Shown piece after piece: positions 1 through 13,230 of a DNA stretch of 64,000 nt; the first letter of the stretch is position 1; each line of letters starts with the position of its first letter. The position numbers and the translations under genes were made by a program. Source of the DNA: Vicugna vicugna (lineage: Eukaryota); assembly GCA_013265495.1 (NCBI GenBank), contig MU058221.1, forward strand, positions 992,001 through 1,056,000, read 5' to 3'. The notes beneath the pieces are model-generated. The model ran no database searches and was not told the origin of the DNA. It saw nothing but the letters and a program-made list of their open reading frames with translations.

Positions 1-361
1 ATTCTCGTTAAAATGAAAATAGGATAGTATAGAAATGCCTTCATTTGAGGCGACTGTTACAGAAGGGAGATTACTCAGAACCCCAGTCTCTCTCTTTGCA
101 TTTGTGAGTATCTGCATCGCTTGGTTTTGGACTAGTTTATCAGGAATGCACAGCATGTGTGTGTGGACGACAGCAGCACTGACACGCAGTCCCCGTCATG
201 CCTGTCCTGTTACTGCTAACTAACCCACAACACCGTGACCTGGTTCAGTTCCCAGGGACGAAGCCAAAACACAAAGTGTAAGTTCCATTCTGAGCACACA
301 CATACAGCCAGCACTCAGGAAAACCTTTGACAAGTGAGCTATGTCCAGTAATTAGATAAAC

Positions 362-456
362 AAGGAAAGGAGGAAGGAAGCAAAGGAAAGAAAGAAGGAA
401 AAAGGAAGGAAGAAGGGAAGATGGAAGGGAAGGAAGGAAGGAAGGGAGGAAAAAAG
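362..456. repeat. (GGAA)n-like purine-rich simple repeat
   Basis: aaggaaaggaggaaggaag...gaaggaaggaagg. Confidence 0.85.
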
Positions 457-846
457 ACATCTTCGAAAGCCTTAATACAGTTGCACAGTAGGCCTGGCAT
501 TCTCCGCGCTGGTATAATATCTAACTGGCACGTCACACGGAAACAGTTGTCCCTGTGAGACCCCTGTTGCATGCTTTAATTAAAACCAAAAATGTACAAC
601 AAAATCAACCCTTGGGTAGATTGCTCTTTGGTTTAAATCTTCATTACCTCCTGGAATTTTGGTAAAACTCGCTTTGCTGTTAAATTAGGCTGGCCCCTCC
701 TTCTTTACTCGGTTACAAAAGTCAGACAACAAGAATCAGGACATAAACTTTAGAATGAAAAGAGTTTCATTTGTGTGGATACGTGTTTGTTAAGTCCAAC
801 CCCTGTATACAAACTGTTAAAAAAAACAGCTGTTTCAACATAATGC

Positions 847-852
847 TTTATT
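847..852 (-). terminator. Candidate polyadenylation signal (AATAAA) in the short-isoform 3'UTR
   Basis: tttatt on the + strand ~240 nt downstream of the stop. ATTAAA variants also occur at 947-952 and 575-580. The used site cannot be determined from sequence. Confidence 0.3.
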
Positions 853-1088
853 CCAACTTAATCCCATCCTTGAATGAACTTCCTTCAAGTGTCAACCATT
901 TAAGAAAGGAAAAAAAAAAAAGCAGTCAATTTTCTGGTGGTTGTAATTTAATTAGGTAACCTTTCACACTGAGCAAAACCCAAAAGCAAAGGGGTCGTTA
1001 ATCTTTCTAGCGACCAGACACCCCTCTAGCGCGTCAAGCATCTACCTCTCCTTCCCCGCGGCGGAAACGCTTTTAGGAGGATCACGGT

Positions 1089-2783
<1,695 letters not shown>

Positions 2784-4063
2784 TTAAAACCTTACTTTCT
2801 GCATAGCTGCATGTTTCCTGTTTAGGCTCCATTCTTTTTTCCTTGATTCTCAAATCGCCACCGTGCCAGAGAACTGAGAACAGCCCCCCTGAGTCTCAGG
2901 AGTTCATAGACGCATCACCACTAAAAGACCCCGAGCCTAGCTTAATGCTTCATGCTGACATTTTAATAACGTTCACCTCTGGCTGGCCACTGTTGAACGC
3001 CAGCACCGAAAGGACGAGCATGAAGTCTCCTGGAAATGGGAAAACATGCGACTGAGTAAGCCCTGTGCTTCTGCATCTTTCCCAGTTGAGCAAAGAGGCT
3101 GTGATGTGGCAAAGGGAAGCTGCCCTGCCTGAAACTGGAGCCTCACTGCATAACAGGATAACAGCACACGAGCTCGGGAGGAAAGGGCTTTGGGACCAGT
3201 GCGGACAGACGGCGGAGCCGGGCACGCAGCCTGGTCACGGCACAAGGTGCGCTCAGAGTGGGAACGAGCGCGGAGGCTCTCGGCATTCAGGAGCTTCCTG
3301 CCCGGGCCCCAGCTCAGAGTCCGACTGCTGGCAGGACAGGACACCCCCAAGTTACGGCTGTGCAACTCTGATTAAACAGTTGCATGAAATGTAAGATAGT
3401 CCTGGAGAATATTAGTTTTTCTCTGTTATTTTTAAACCAGTTGCATTTGCAAATGGAAATAATCAAGGACGCAGATAGCAGACTGACACCCCCTCCACCC
3501 CGACTTACTCAGATTTCTCACTGACTGAGTTTTTATTTCTCCCCTACCTCCATTAACTTCAGAAAGCCTGCAAAGCTGCAATCTATTGGCACTTAGGCTG
3601 CATTTCCAAGTCATAGCGTGTTAAGGGACTGCTTTCCTCTGTCAACAGTAGATTTATTATTTCTCAGCGGCGAGGAAAAGGGAAAAAAAACCACACAGTG
3701 CCATGTGATGCAGTTTCTTAATTAATCTTAAATGTTCATATTTTTAACCAAGAGGCAATCAGCCAAATTCCTGATTTAAAAAAAAAAAACAAAGGAAGCT
3801 CTCCTTTTTTAACTCAAACCAGTTAAGATTTTTTTATTTGAAAACTGGTTTTGCTCTCTGCCTTCCTGCCAGCTACAGCCTCACTGAAATACACTCCAGC
3901 TCTCCCAGACAGGAGAACGGAGGGGCGGAGGGGACGCCAGTCGCACTTGAAAAAGCAAGACTGGCAAATGACTGTTGGCAATTTGGAAGCTGTGTTCAGG
4001 ATACAGCTTCAAAGACGAAGCAAGCCCTTGTACGACCTCTGATAAAGCGGTGACCCCACCCCT

Positions 4064-4083
4064 ACACACACACACACACACAC
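4064..4083. repeat. (CA)n microsatellite in LRRTM4 intron
   Basis: Direct reading. Confidence 0.9.
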
Positions 4084-4452
4084 GCAGGGAAGTGTTATCA
4101 GTCTTCCCCACAGCGACCAGCAGCACGAGCACTGTGATGTTGTCAAGAAATAGAAACAGATAGGATATTTCTCTCACGCTCAATGCCCAAGCCGTGGACA
4201 CGCACACGGAAGGGACAGCCAGAGACATTTCTCCAGAGTCTAACTCCGTGTTATGCCTTTACAGATTCAAAATAAAATTTAAGAAAAAAGACGAAAGGAA
4301 AACGATCCAGAAATGCAATAGCAACTACAGAGAGTCAAGTGGCAAAGTCGGAGGCTGCCGCTCTCTGCCTGCCTGCCTGCCTGCCCATCGCTGAGAACGG
4401 GAAGCCAAGAGGCTCAGCTCTGCTGAGAAGGAGACAACAAAAGTTCACTTAC

Positions 4453-4456
4453 CCAT
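4453..4456 (-). CDS. LRRTM4: LRRTM4 start-codon segment (ATG G) at the end of the 5'UTR exon
   Basis: Minus strand gcaaaggATGG|gtaagt: strong Kozak (A-3, G+4) and a perfect donor. It joins in phase to GT TTC at 2641 to give MGF..., the typical LRRTM exon structure. The intron 2642-4452 is 1811 bp. Confidence 0.92.
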
Positions 4457-4604
4457 CCTTTGCCATCCAAACACGGCTCCCCGCTGCTCTCAGCTTTCTT
4501 CTTATTTGGTGTCTCGTGCTGAAGCCACCAGCCCCTTCATGACACAGTGCAGCTGTCATTCACACCATTCTGATCCCGCATGGGCGCTGCTGGCCCCACA
4601 CAAA
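4457..4604 (-). other. LRRTM4: LRRTM4 5'UTR part of the ATG-containing exon (5' boundary tentative)
   Basis: Lies upstream of the ATG. Candidate acceptor tctcttgcctgtcctctccggggaag|ttt, with AG at 4606-4605; the exact acceptor is uncertain. Confidence 0.55.
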
Positions 4605-5320
4605 CTTCCCCGGAGAGGACAGGCAAGAGATATGTATACATATATGAAAAAAAAAACACCCCAGCCTGGGGCGGGGGGCCGGGAGACGGAGCAGCCGGGG
4701 GTGGGAGGGCCTCTAGGCGCTGAGCATCCTCGCGTAATTCAGCAGGGACTTGTCAGCAGTACCTGGCAGTCTGTGCAGCAGAGCGGCAGCCCGCCTCGGG
4801 GGTGACCAACTTCTCTGGAAAAAGAGAGGAGGGGGGGAAAAAAAAGAAAGAAAGGAAATCTTCAGAGTACCTGGCATTCCTTATCGAGCCGGCTTTTGCC
4901 ATTCTCAGAAAAAGCAACTCATCCTGTGCGTTTTCAGCTCTTCTAAGCCGGCAGGCCTCCTCGCTGCCCGAGACCCCAGCTTAAAAGCCATGCGGGCCAG
5001 GTTTACCCGCTCGGCTGGCCAGCTTGATGGTGCTCTGTGGCTGTGCTGGGAGGCAGCCCTTGTCTAGCTCCGAAGGCTTTCCAGAGACGGATGACGCCGA
5101 GGGCTTGTTGGTGCTAATGCTTGGGTTTGTGATACACTGAGTGCCCTCCGCTGGAGAAAACAGATTGCACATTAAAGAGGGGAGCAAGTGAGACTGTCGC
5201 TGGTGTGCAGCCTTCCCTCGCTCAGAAGGGAAATTAAAGGCACAGGACCGCTTTTTCTTTTCCCCCTCTCCAATAATAAATATTATGAAAGGTTTCTGCC
5301 AAGGAGTTCCATTCAGTGAT
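4600..5320 (-). promoter_or_regulatory. LRRTM4: LRRTM4 promoter / 5' GC-rich region
   Basis: CpG-enriched, repeat-free segment around the 5' exons, dropping abruptly to AT-rich sequence beyond ~5330. Confidence 0.55.
4871..5165 (-). other. LRRTM4: LRRTM4 first exon, ending in ATG CCA G|gtactc (TSS approximate)
   Basis: Donor-like cag|gtact at 4871/4870 in a moderately GC/CpG-rich region. Direct splicing to 2641 gives in-frame MPGF..., which I recall as an annotated mammalian N-terminal variant. Confidence 0.6.
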
Positions 5321-6499
5321 GTCAAATTTTAAGTAAAATACTGCTCCTCTAAATATCATTCAAATAGTTGTTTCAAAGTTGCCTCGACCTGATTTTTTTT
5401 CCCGCATATATCACAGGGGATGTATTACCTTTTCTCCAACAACAGAAGTGATTTCAGTTTTATTTTTCTTGATGTTGGTTTGTTTTAGTTATTTAGAAGC
5501 TTTTTTTGGTAAGAAAACTGAGAAAGGAAAAATGTAATTATATCACTTTTAAGGATAGTTACATTAAAAATTTAGGTCTAGTTTTAAAAATCTCAGCTTT
5601 TGATAACAAAATATATTCTGCAATTTTGCACATTATACTGAACAGTCTAGAGCATTACTTTCAAGAAGTGTACATTTTTAGCCTTAAATCAGTTACCTTT
5701 TAATATTATATTACCAAACGTGCAGTTAACTAAGAGAGATTAAATGTTAGGCGGGTCAGATTGCAGGTTGACATCCTTACTGCAGTCACTTCCTTTAAAC
5801 TCACCTACATTTATAATGCAAACATTTCCCTATGCAAGTCGGTTACCATAAAGTGCCATTCGAGAAAAATAAAAGCACGTGAGTTCTACATCATAGGATT
5901 TCTCTAAATTTGCAAAGTAGCCTAAGAATTAGAAAGGATAAAATGATATAATCCTGAAATACGTACTTTTTAAAAAGCTATACACCTCCCTTGAACTTGT
6001 ACTAAACTTTGGAAAACACAGAATAAAGCATGGCCTCTATTTTGTTTCTCTTCTTGTTTATTTCATAATCTTTTGGCAGGCAACGATTTTTGGAACAATC
6101 CAGAACAAAGGACCAATACAATACAGAGAAAGACTGCTAGACAAGATTGCTAACCTAATTTAGCAGGTGTGAGAAATTTAAATGAATATTACATAAGCAT
6201 CGAAGATTGCTGTGGATCACTAGAAATGAATATTTTAATAAATAGTCCTTGATTTTAGATTGTTTACCAAAATATTAACAAGTAAGGAGGGCTTATCATA
6301 TGAATAACATATATTATTTAGCTCAGATACATGGGTAAGCAGTATCGGGCAATTGTCTAATTACAAAGATTTCTCCTGGAACAAATACATCCTTTTCTCT
6401 TTAACTGATATCTAAATTCTGTTTTTGAAATGCATTCCTTTGGTTTAAGGTTTAGTACCTACTAAAATGCAAATGAGCACCAAGAGAAGTTAATGAAAG

Positions 6500-6900
6500 G
6501 TATATACACCTTTTTAAGGAGGTAAGCATACATGAACACGCATATAATTTGTTTACAGTAGTGTTGTTTACACAGAAATAAAAAAACACACCCAAATAGT
6601 GACAGAGGATTAGTTCAGGAAAGTTAATATATTCATGAACTAGAAGATATGCTGCCATTGGAAGTGAAATGGCTTGTGTTTGCGGAGAGGCAATGATGAG
6701 TGCCGTGCACGCAGCAGGAGTGAGGACATGGGTCTTAGAGGGGGTGACATGGGGTCTATTTCTGTACAAATTTTCATTTGTGTGGGCACGAAATAAAATA
6801 TTCAGAGCAGATTTTCTGGGAAGTTAGTTTTGGGTGTATTACATTTCGTCCTTTATGATTTTTTGTTTATTTGTATTTTCTATTTTTTCTAATATGATGA
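6500..6900 (+). mobile_element. Ancient L1 (L1ME-like) 3' fragment
   Basis: Degenerate resemblance to L1ME 3' ends (ttttttgtttatttgtattttctattttttctaatatgatgag). Confidence 0.4.
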
Positions 6901-7278
6901 GTTTTTTTTTTCATTTTTTCCAAATAGGGATGTGTGTATGTGCCTGTGTACATATACATTTTTTCTTTACTTGAATAAAAGAGATCATAACAGCTTTGGA
7001 TAGTGGACTGAAAAAATCTCTTGTTAACCCACATTTATGGTGTAGTAACCAGCTAAAGTGCCAGTTTTGTTTAAAGTACTGTGATCTGATACATGTGTGT
7101 TCCAAAGGAGATCCTGACCATGTGTAGAATTTATAAAGAATGTTGTCAACAATTAGTTACAGTTGTCTTGAACACATGGTGTGGATATTAAAGGATCCAG
7201 AGAGTTGAGAGTAAGAAAGGATATTGTGTGGAAGATTTCTTTGGAAAGGTAAGTCCGTCTGTTACCACATGTGCGTGT

Positions 7279-7302
7279 ACACACACACACACACACACAC
7301 AC
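7279..7302. repeat. (CA)n microsatellite
   Basis: Direct reading. Confidence 0.9.
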
Positions 7303-7575
7303 TTCATCCGAAAGAAAGTGGAAGGGATGTCAGCTCCAGCTTAATCGTAGTGCAAGGGGCTTCTACAGGCTACTTGAAGGGCTAGATCTGTGTTTCCAGC
7401 AGTGAGTGTAGAATCACAGAATGGTATATGATTCCTGTCTGAGAAATCCAGAAGTTGAGAAATGGGATTGCCAGAGCAAAAACGAGTTACATGAGTATTG
7501 GAATTGGCTTCCACTTTCGGAGTTTGTCTGGGTAAAAATATGAACAAGTGTTTTCCAAGGAAGAGAGGTAGGCTC

Positions 7576-7614
7576 TGTGTGTGTGTGTGTGAGAGAGAGA
7601 GAAAGAGAGAGAGA
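7576..7614. repeat. Compound (GT)n(GA)n microsatellite
   Basis: Direct reading. Confidence 0.9.
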
Positions 7615-8184
7615 GGTTGAGACAGAGAATAAATCTGCTTCAAGCCACTTAAAATCCTGGTGATTCCCCCAACAGAAGGATCTGTATAAATGCACTGTCA
7701 AAACAGACAACCCAACCAAACCAAACCAAACCAAAACAACAGCAACAAAGACAAACAGAAACCAATCAAGGCTGATGAAGAAAAATATGCCATCCCTGTC
7801 ATGGGAAATTTGGCCCATTATTCTTAATGGAGTTATTAAGGATCAATCAGTGTGTCCACGAGAAAGATAAATATTGTTTTACTTCTGCTATGCTCAGATA
7901 CCCTTTTTATCATTGTACCAGTCAATCAAAAAGTTTCCTGGGCAAGTAAGAAACAGTGGTACCTGAGCATAGGAGGAGGTGGGCAAGAATGGGAGAAACT
8001 GGCTACACTTCCCCTTTGCTTCTCGGTGGCGGATGGCCCACCTGCAGCTGGTCCTCGCTGACCAGGCAGAGGATGCTCCAGCTTTACGTGACATATGAGG
8101 TATTACTTAATAGGATGGACTTAGTACTTTCATTTACTGAATTGAGACTTTATGAACTAAGGATCTAATCGGAGTTTTTGTTAT

Positions 8185-8530
8185 CACAAAGAGCATTCAG
8201 TAACCTCACTTTGATCATTTGAAACTGACCGTGATAGGAGTATTTACACCAAGGAAATCAGCAAAAACAAAAGGTGTGAATTATTGTTTTGATGAGGGTC
8301 TAGACTTAAGAAAGTGATAGAGGAAATGTTAGAAATACAGATTAAACTTAGAAGTGCATTGCATCTGTAGCCATTTAATTATAAACAGCACAAAAATTGA
8401 AACACATCCTTCTGATACTTGAAAACTATTAGCTGATTGAGCAAAGAAATCACTCATGTCATTAAGGAGGGAAATTCTAACTTATGTCTATGTTGTTTCA
8501 CTTTTGTCTTACTCATTAATGTAAACAACA
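8185..8530 (+). mobile_element. MER63-like hAT DNA transposon fragment
   Basis: cattcagtaacctcactttgatcatttgaaactgaccgtgataggagtatttacaccaaggaaatcagcaaa resembles the MER63 core. Confidence 0.6.
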
Positions 8531-9419
8531 AAAAAAGCCGACAGCATTCATGTTGTACACATTCCCACACACACTCATGCTCTAAAAACCACACTGTATG
8601 CACACATGCTTAGAAATAATTTGCCATCAGGACACATTTTAATTATGCACATAATTCAGTTTCAACATGAAGAGGAATCTCGAATCATCTTTTTTCAAAA
8701 TGAATGACCTTTTCTCCCTTTGCAATTTAACGATCATAATTTAACAGAACCTCACTTCTGGTGGAAGTGGTAATCACTTGTTAAAAATTTAAAGAAAAAT
8801 ATTTTATTCTATGTGTTCAGCTGAATTTAGGAATCTTACTGTACATACTCAAAACTTTTAATCCCAATGTGTAAATTAAGATAATGTTCATGTTATTAAT
8901 ATAATCACAGCAAAAGTTGTACTAAATTATAGACACATAAAACTGGACTATTTCTGTGTTTCATTTTATTAACCAGTGAACTAACTTTTCAAAAGGGAAA
9001 AAAAATGGACTGATGATAGGATACTAATGAGGAGACAATGATAACATAAAACATGGCAAAATGGGGGTTGAGGTGCATGGAAATCGGACATTAAGAATAG
9101 AAACAAAAATTAATACATAATTCATAGATTATAATGTATAGTAAATATAAAGATGTTATGAAACAGAATAATGGGAGAGAATTTGCATTGGAGACTTGGG
9201 AAAGGGATCTTTAATTATAATATTTTAATGAGCCTTCAAGTAAAATACTGTCACACATTTGCAGAATGATATAAGGACCAAAGTTAAGACTATAAGAATG
9301 AGGGGAGTGAACTAGGCAAAAATTAAGTGCAAAGGAGAAGAATATAGCAGGTGAAACAGTAAAATAGGTTTGGGAAAGGTAAACACTTGGCTTGTTTGAA
9401 CAAATAATGGGAAAACAGA

Positions 9420-10230
9420 AATAAACAACAGAAACAGACTCACAGATAATTCAATTGCAGAGTTATCAGACACAGACAAAAATAACTATGGTTACTATTT
9501 TGTTTTTAATGGATCAAAAGATGGGGGGTTTCAGCAGATAAATAAAATTTATAAATGTTACCGAGTCCAAACTCATTCTGCTTGCTGCACAACAGGCCAG
9601 TAAATCAGGAGAAAAGGTGTTAGGGCAAGGAATAATTACTTTATTCAGAAAGCCAGCAGACCGAGAGGATGGCAGACTAATGTCTTAGAGAACCATCCTA
9701 CTCAAGCCAGAATTCAGGCTCCTTTTATACTAGAAAAGAAAGGGGGGTGTGGTTAGTTGTTGCAAACGTCTTAGTGTAGGAATTCTTTGTTCTTGGAATC
9801 CTTTGTTCTTGCAGCTGTCTGTGTGGATCAGATCACGGCATCCATGTAAACCTCCAACAAAACAAACATTATTTTCCATTCTGCAGCTTGTTATCTTTAT
9901 ATAAGTGCAAAATCCTTTAATATCCTTAAAGGTCAGGGCCTTGAGAACAGGCTCTCCTGTGTATTTCAGGCTAAAGGCAACATCCTTTTACAGAAGGTGC
10001 AGAACCAGCAAGACGAAGCCTAGAAAACAGGGCACAGGGTTGAAGCCAAAGGAACAGATTTAATGTGGAGTCAGATTTGTTCTTTTCTGTTACATAAATA
10101 AGAATCAAATCAAAAATACAAACCTAAAACAATAATTTGAAAAACATGAAATTATTAACTCTATAGATAGGTGTAATGGAAATGGGGCAGAGCTGAATAG
10201 ATTATGTAGGGAACCATATAAAACAACAGA
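9420..10230 (+). mobile_element. Old L1 ORF1-region fragment, interrupted by the solo LTR at 9556-10094
   Basis: aacagaaacagactcacagataattcaattgcagagttatcagacacagac on the left and ttaactctatagataggtgtaatgg...gcagagctgaatag on the right resemble L1M ORF1 sequence. Confidence 0.5.
9556..10094 (-). mobile_element. Solo LTR, ERV1-like
   Basis: TG...CA termini (tgttacc...tgttaca), 4-bp TSD taaa (9552-9555 / 10095-10098), and a minus-strand AATAAA near 9640. Confidence 0.8.
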
Positions 10231-10860
10231 ATGTGAAACTTAGTGTTGGGGCTCTCAAGTATATACACATTTTTTCTTTCACCATCATACATAGAAAATA
10301 ATACATTTTACTGAATTAAAAATGCTTTTCTTAAACCCATATCATTCTGATACTTTTTACTTTATTTAATTTTGCTTAATAATATGCTGATAGTGTATTT
10401 AATTGACTTCTGAGTGTAAACAGTTTAAAAAACATTGACATGAATATACAAATATAGAAGCTATAATTAAGATAAGTTTAATAGCCTTTTCAAAATTTCA
10501 CAAATATTTAACATTAGAGCTTTGGATCGAACTCGACACATGGACTATGACATGTTGTTTACGTAACATGAGCATTTTGTCTGTTACAGGAATAGTGGTA
10601 ACACCCAATTGAAATTCCACTGCCAAAAGGTAACTCTTGGCTCAGTCATTTAAAATTATTCATTTGTCTTCAATAACTGTTGTTATAAAATTGGAGGTGA
10701 TATAAGGAACACAAAAAAGGGCTGACAGATTCTGCTATAAAAAAAATAAAATATTGCTTCAGTGAAAATTTTAAAAAGAAATTGAAAGCAATAAATCAAG
10801 GCTTTGTTTCCACATGATATTCAAAACTTGTTACAAGGTAGATTGGGTAATAAGCCATTT

Positions 10861-11500
10861 CCACTCCTGGGCATCTATCCAGAGGGAATCTTAACTCGAA
10901 AAGACACATGCACCTCAGTGTTCATAGCAGCACTATTTACAATAGCCAAGACATGGAAACAACCTAAATGTCCATTGACAGATGACTGAATAAAGAAGTT
11001 GTGGTCTATTTATACAATGGAATATTACACAGCCATAAAAATGATAAAATAATGGCATTTGTAGCAACATGGATGGCCCTGGAGATTGTCATTCTAAGTG
11101 AAGTAAGCCAGAAAAACAAAGAAAAATACCATATGACATCACTCATATGAGGAATCTAAAAAAAAATAAAGACAAATGAACTTAAACACAAAACAGAAAC
11201 AGATTCACAGACCTAGAATGCAGACTTGTGGTTGCCAGGGGGTAGGAGGGTGGGAAGGGATAAACTGGGAGTTTGAGATTTGTGGGTACTGACTGGTATA
11301 TAATAAAATAGATAAACCAGTGTATACTGTACAGCACAGGGAAATACATTCAATATCTTGTAGTAGCTTATGGTGAAAAGAATATGAAAATGAATATATG
11401 TATATTCATGTATGACTGAAGCATTGTGCTGTGCACCAGGAATTAACACAACACTGTAAACTGATTATACCTCAATAATAAAAAAAAACTAAAAAAATAA
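10861..11500 (+). mobile_element. L1 3' end (ORF2 C-terminus, 3'UTR, poly-A), camelid-type
   Basis: PLLGIYP...[25 protein letters not shown] translation, L1 3'UTR and A-rich tail. Confidence 0.93.
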
Positions 11501-13029
11501 AATTCAAATAGTCAGATAGGAAAATATACGTAAAAATACATATTATATATGTGTGAGTGTGTGTATATATATATATCCCTACTAGGAAAAGGAATAAAAG
11601 TAATACCATAAACTGACTATATTATCAGATATTATATTTTAAATTATATTGCACAGTTTTTATGTTTGTTGTCAAACCTGTGTCTACAGTGGAAATATAA
11701 AGTAGAATAATTATGATTTTAACGCATTTAGCAGTAAGCATCAAGATCCATAGAAACAAACATACCCAGCTTTTAACCCAGTGTTTCCATTCTAGGATGT
11801 CTTGAAATAAGACGTCTATTGTAGAACAGAAATACAGAACATGCGCGTTGTGGTTTTATTAGACAGGATCTTACTAGAAAGGTTCTTTTCCTTTAAAAAT
11901 AAGTCACAAAATAAGCTTTGAAAAAACTAGAAATGAAACCACACGTTAAGCAATAAAATATTTGCATTTGATAAATATGAAAATAATTTTATGGTAAAAG
12001 CACAATAATCTTCATTATACTGATTACAACCAGGTAGAAAAATCTACACTGACAACAAAAAAGGAAGTGAAAGTAACACAGAAACAAAATGGCTTGGTAA
12101 ATGTGTAACTTTTGATAATATCTCTATGGCTGTAATTCTCTTTCTGCAACACATAAGAATCATAAGGGTAGAAGATGATACCAGAAGCGGGTTGATGTCA
12201 CTTTAACGTCTGACAAATTAAGTTCAGGTATCAGTCAAGTTTCTGACTTTGTCGTAGAAGGATCTGGAATACTCTGTAAATGATTCCAGCTGTCTCTCCT
12301 GACGACATAAACATATCTGATCAGACATCCATTACAGGAAGCTAATTGGTTAAAGTAGGTGTTTTACACCCTAAAATCCTTTTTTGTATCTGGGCCATGC
12401 TGATGAATTTCTTCACCCTTTGCCTCTCATGTTTATCTCCTATAAGGAAGGGAGTGATAACAAATTTGTAAAGCAGAGGTATTTTGAGAGTTAAGTAAAT
12501 AATGATAGCAAAACATTAAAAGACCTATAAGATGCTTAATTATGCTATAATGGTGCCAGCAGAATGCATGCTTCAATAGCTGGTAAAAATCACAGCTCAT
12601 AAGCACTGGTGGTTATTATTTTTCTGCATATTGTCCGGTTGTATCCAGCAATTATGTTTTGGTAATTGTCGTCCTAGTGCTGTTGCTGATCGGTTTTGGC
12701 TTTCTAAGGGTGTGGTTTATAATATCTTCCATAAACTGAAGTTTTATAATTGTACATTAGACAGTTACATGCATCGTCATCATAGGGTAGGGAGCATTTG
12801 TGTATGGTTTTTATGAAGGGCTGTAGACGGTTCTGAATGAAATAGCCCAACTAGGTCTTTTATGTGAACTACCGCACGAAGCTTTAAATGACTCCACCAG
12901 TCAATATGCTTCTTCTTTCTGCCACACTGGTACATTTTTTTCAAATGAAAGCAAAGCAGTATATTAGCCAGAACATGCATATTGAAGCTGAAAGTATTTG
13001 CATTCCAGTGCGGCACTATTAAGTTTCTC

Positions 13030-13230
13030 AATTTAACAAGTACTTATTGAGTGCGTGCTGTGTCAGTGAGCAAAAATTCCCTGTCTCTGTGTAGCTGGGT
13101 TAAAAAAAAAAAAAAGCAAGTTAACCAGCCCCTCTGTAGTTCCTAATCTGTAAAATGGAAATAATAGGATAGTAGTATATAATTTTTAAGGCTGTTTTGA
13201 GTGTTAAATGTATGTATCTCCATATCAGTG
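13030..13230. mobile_element. L2 3' end and MIR fragments
   Basis: atttaacaagtacttattgagtgcgtgctgtg (L2 end); gttcctaatctgtaaaatggaaataata (MIR core). Confidence 0.6.

Noticed and set aside
4508..4525. REST/NRSE-like TTCAGCACG... on the minus strand
   Set aside because: Only the left half-site matches; the right half and spacing do not fit.
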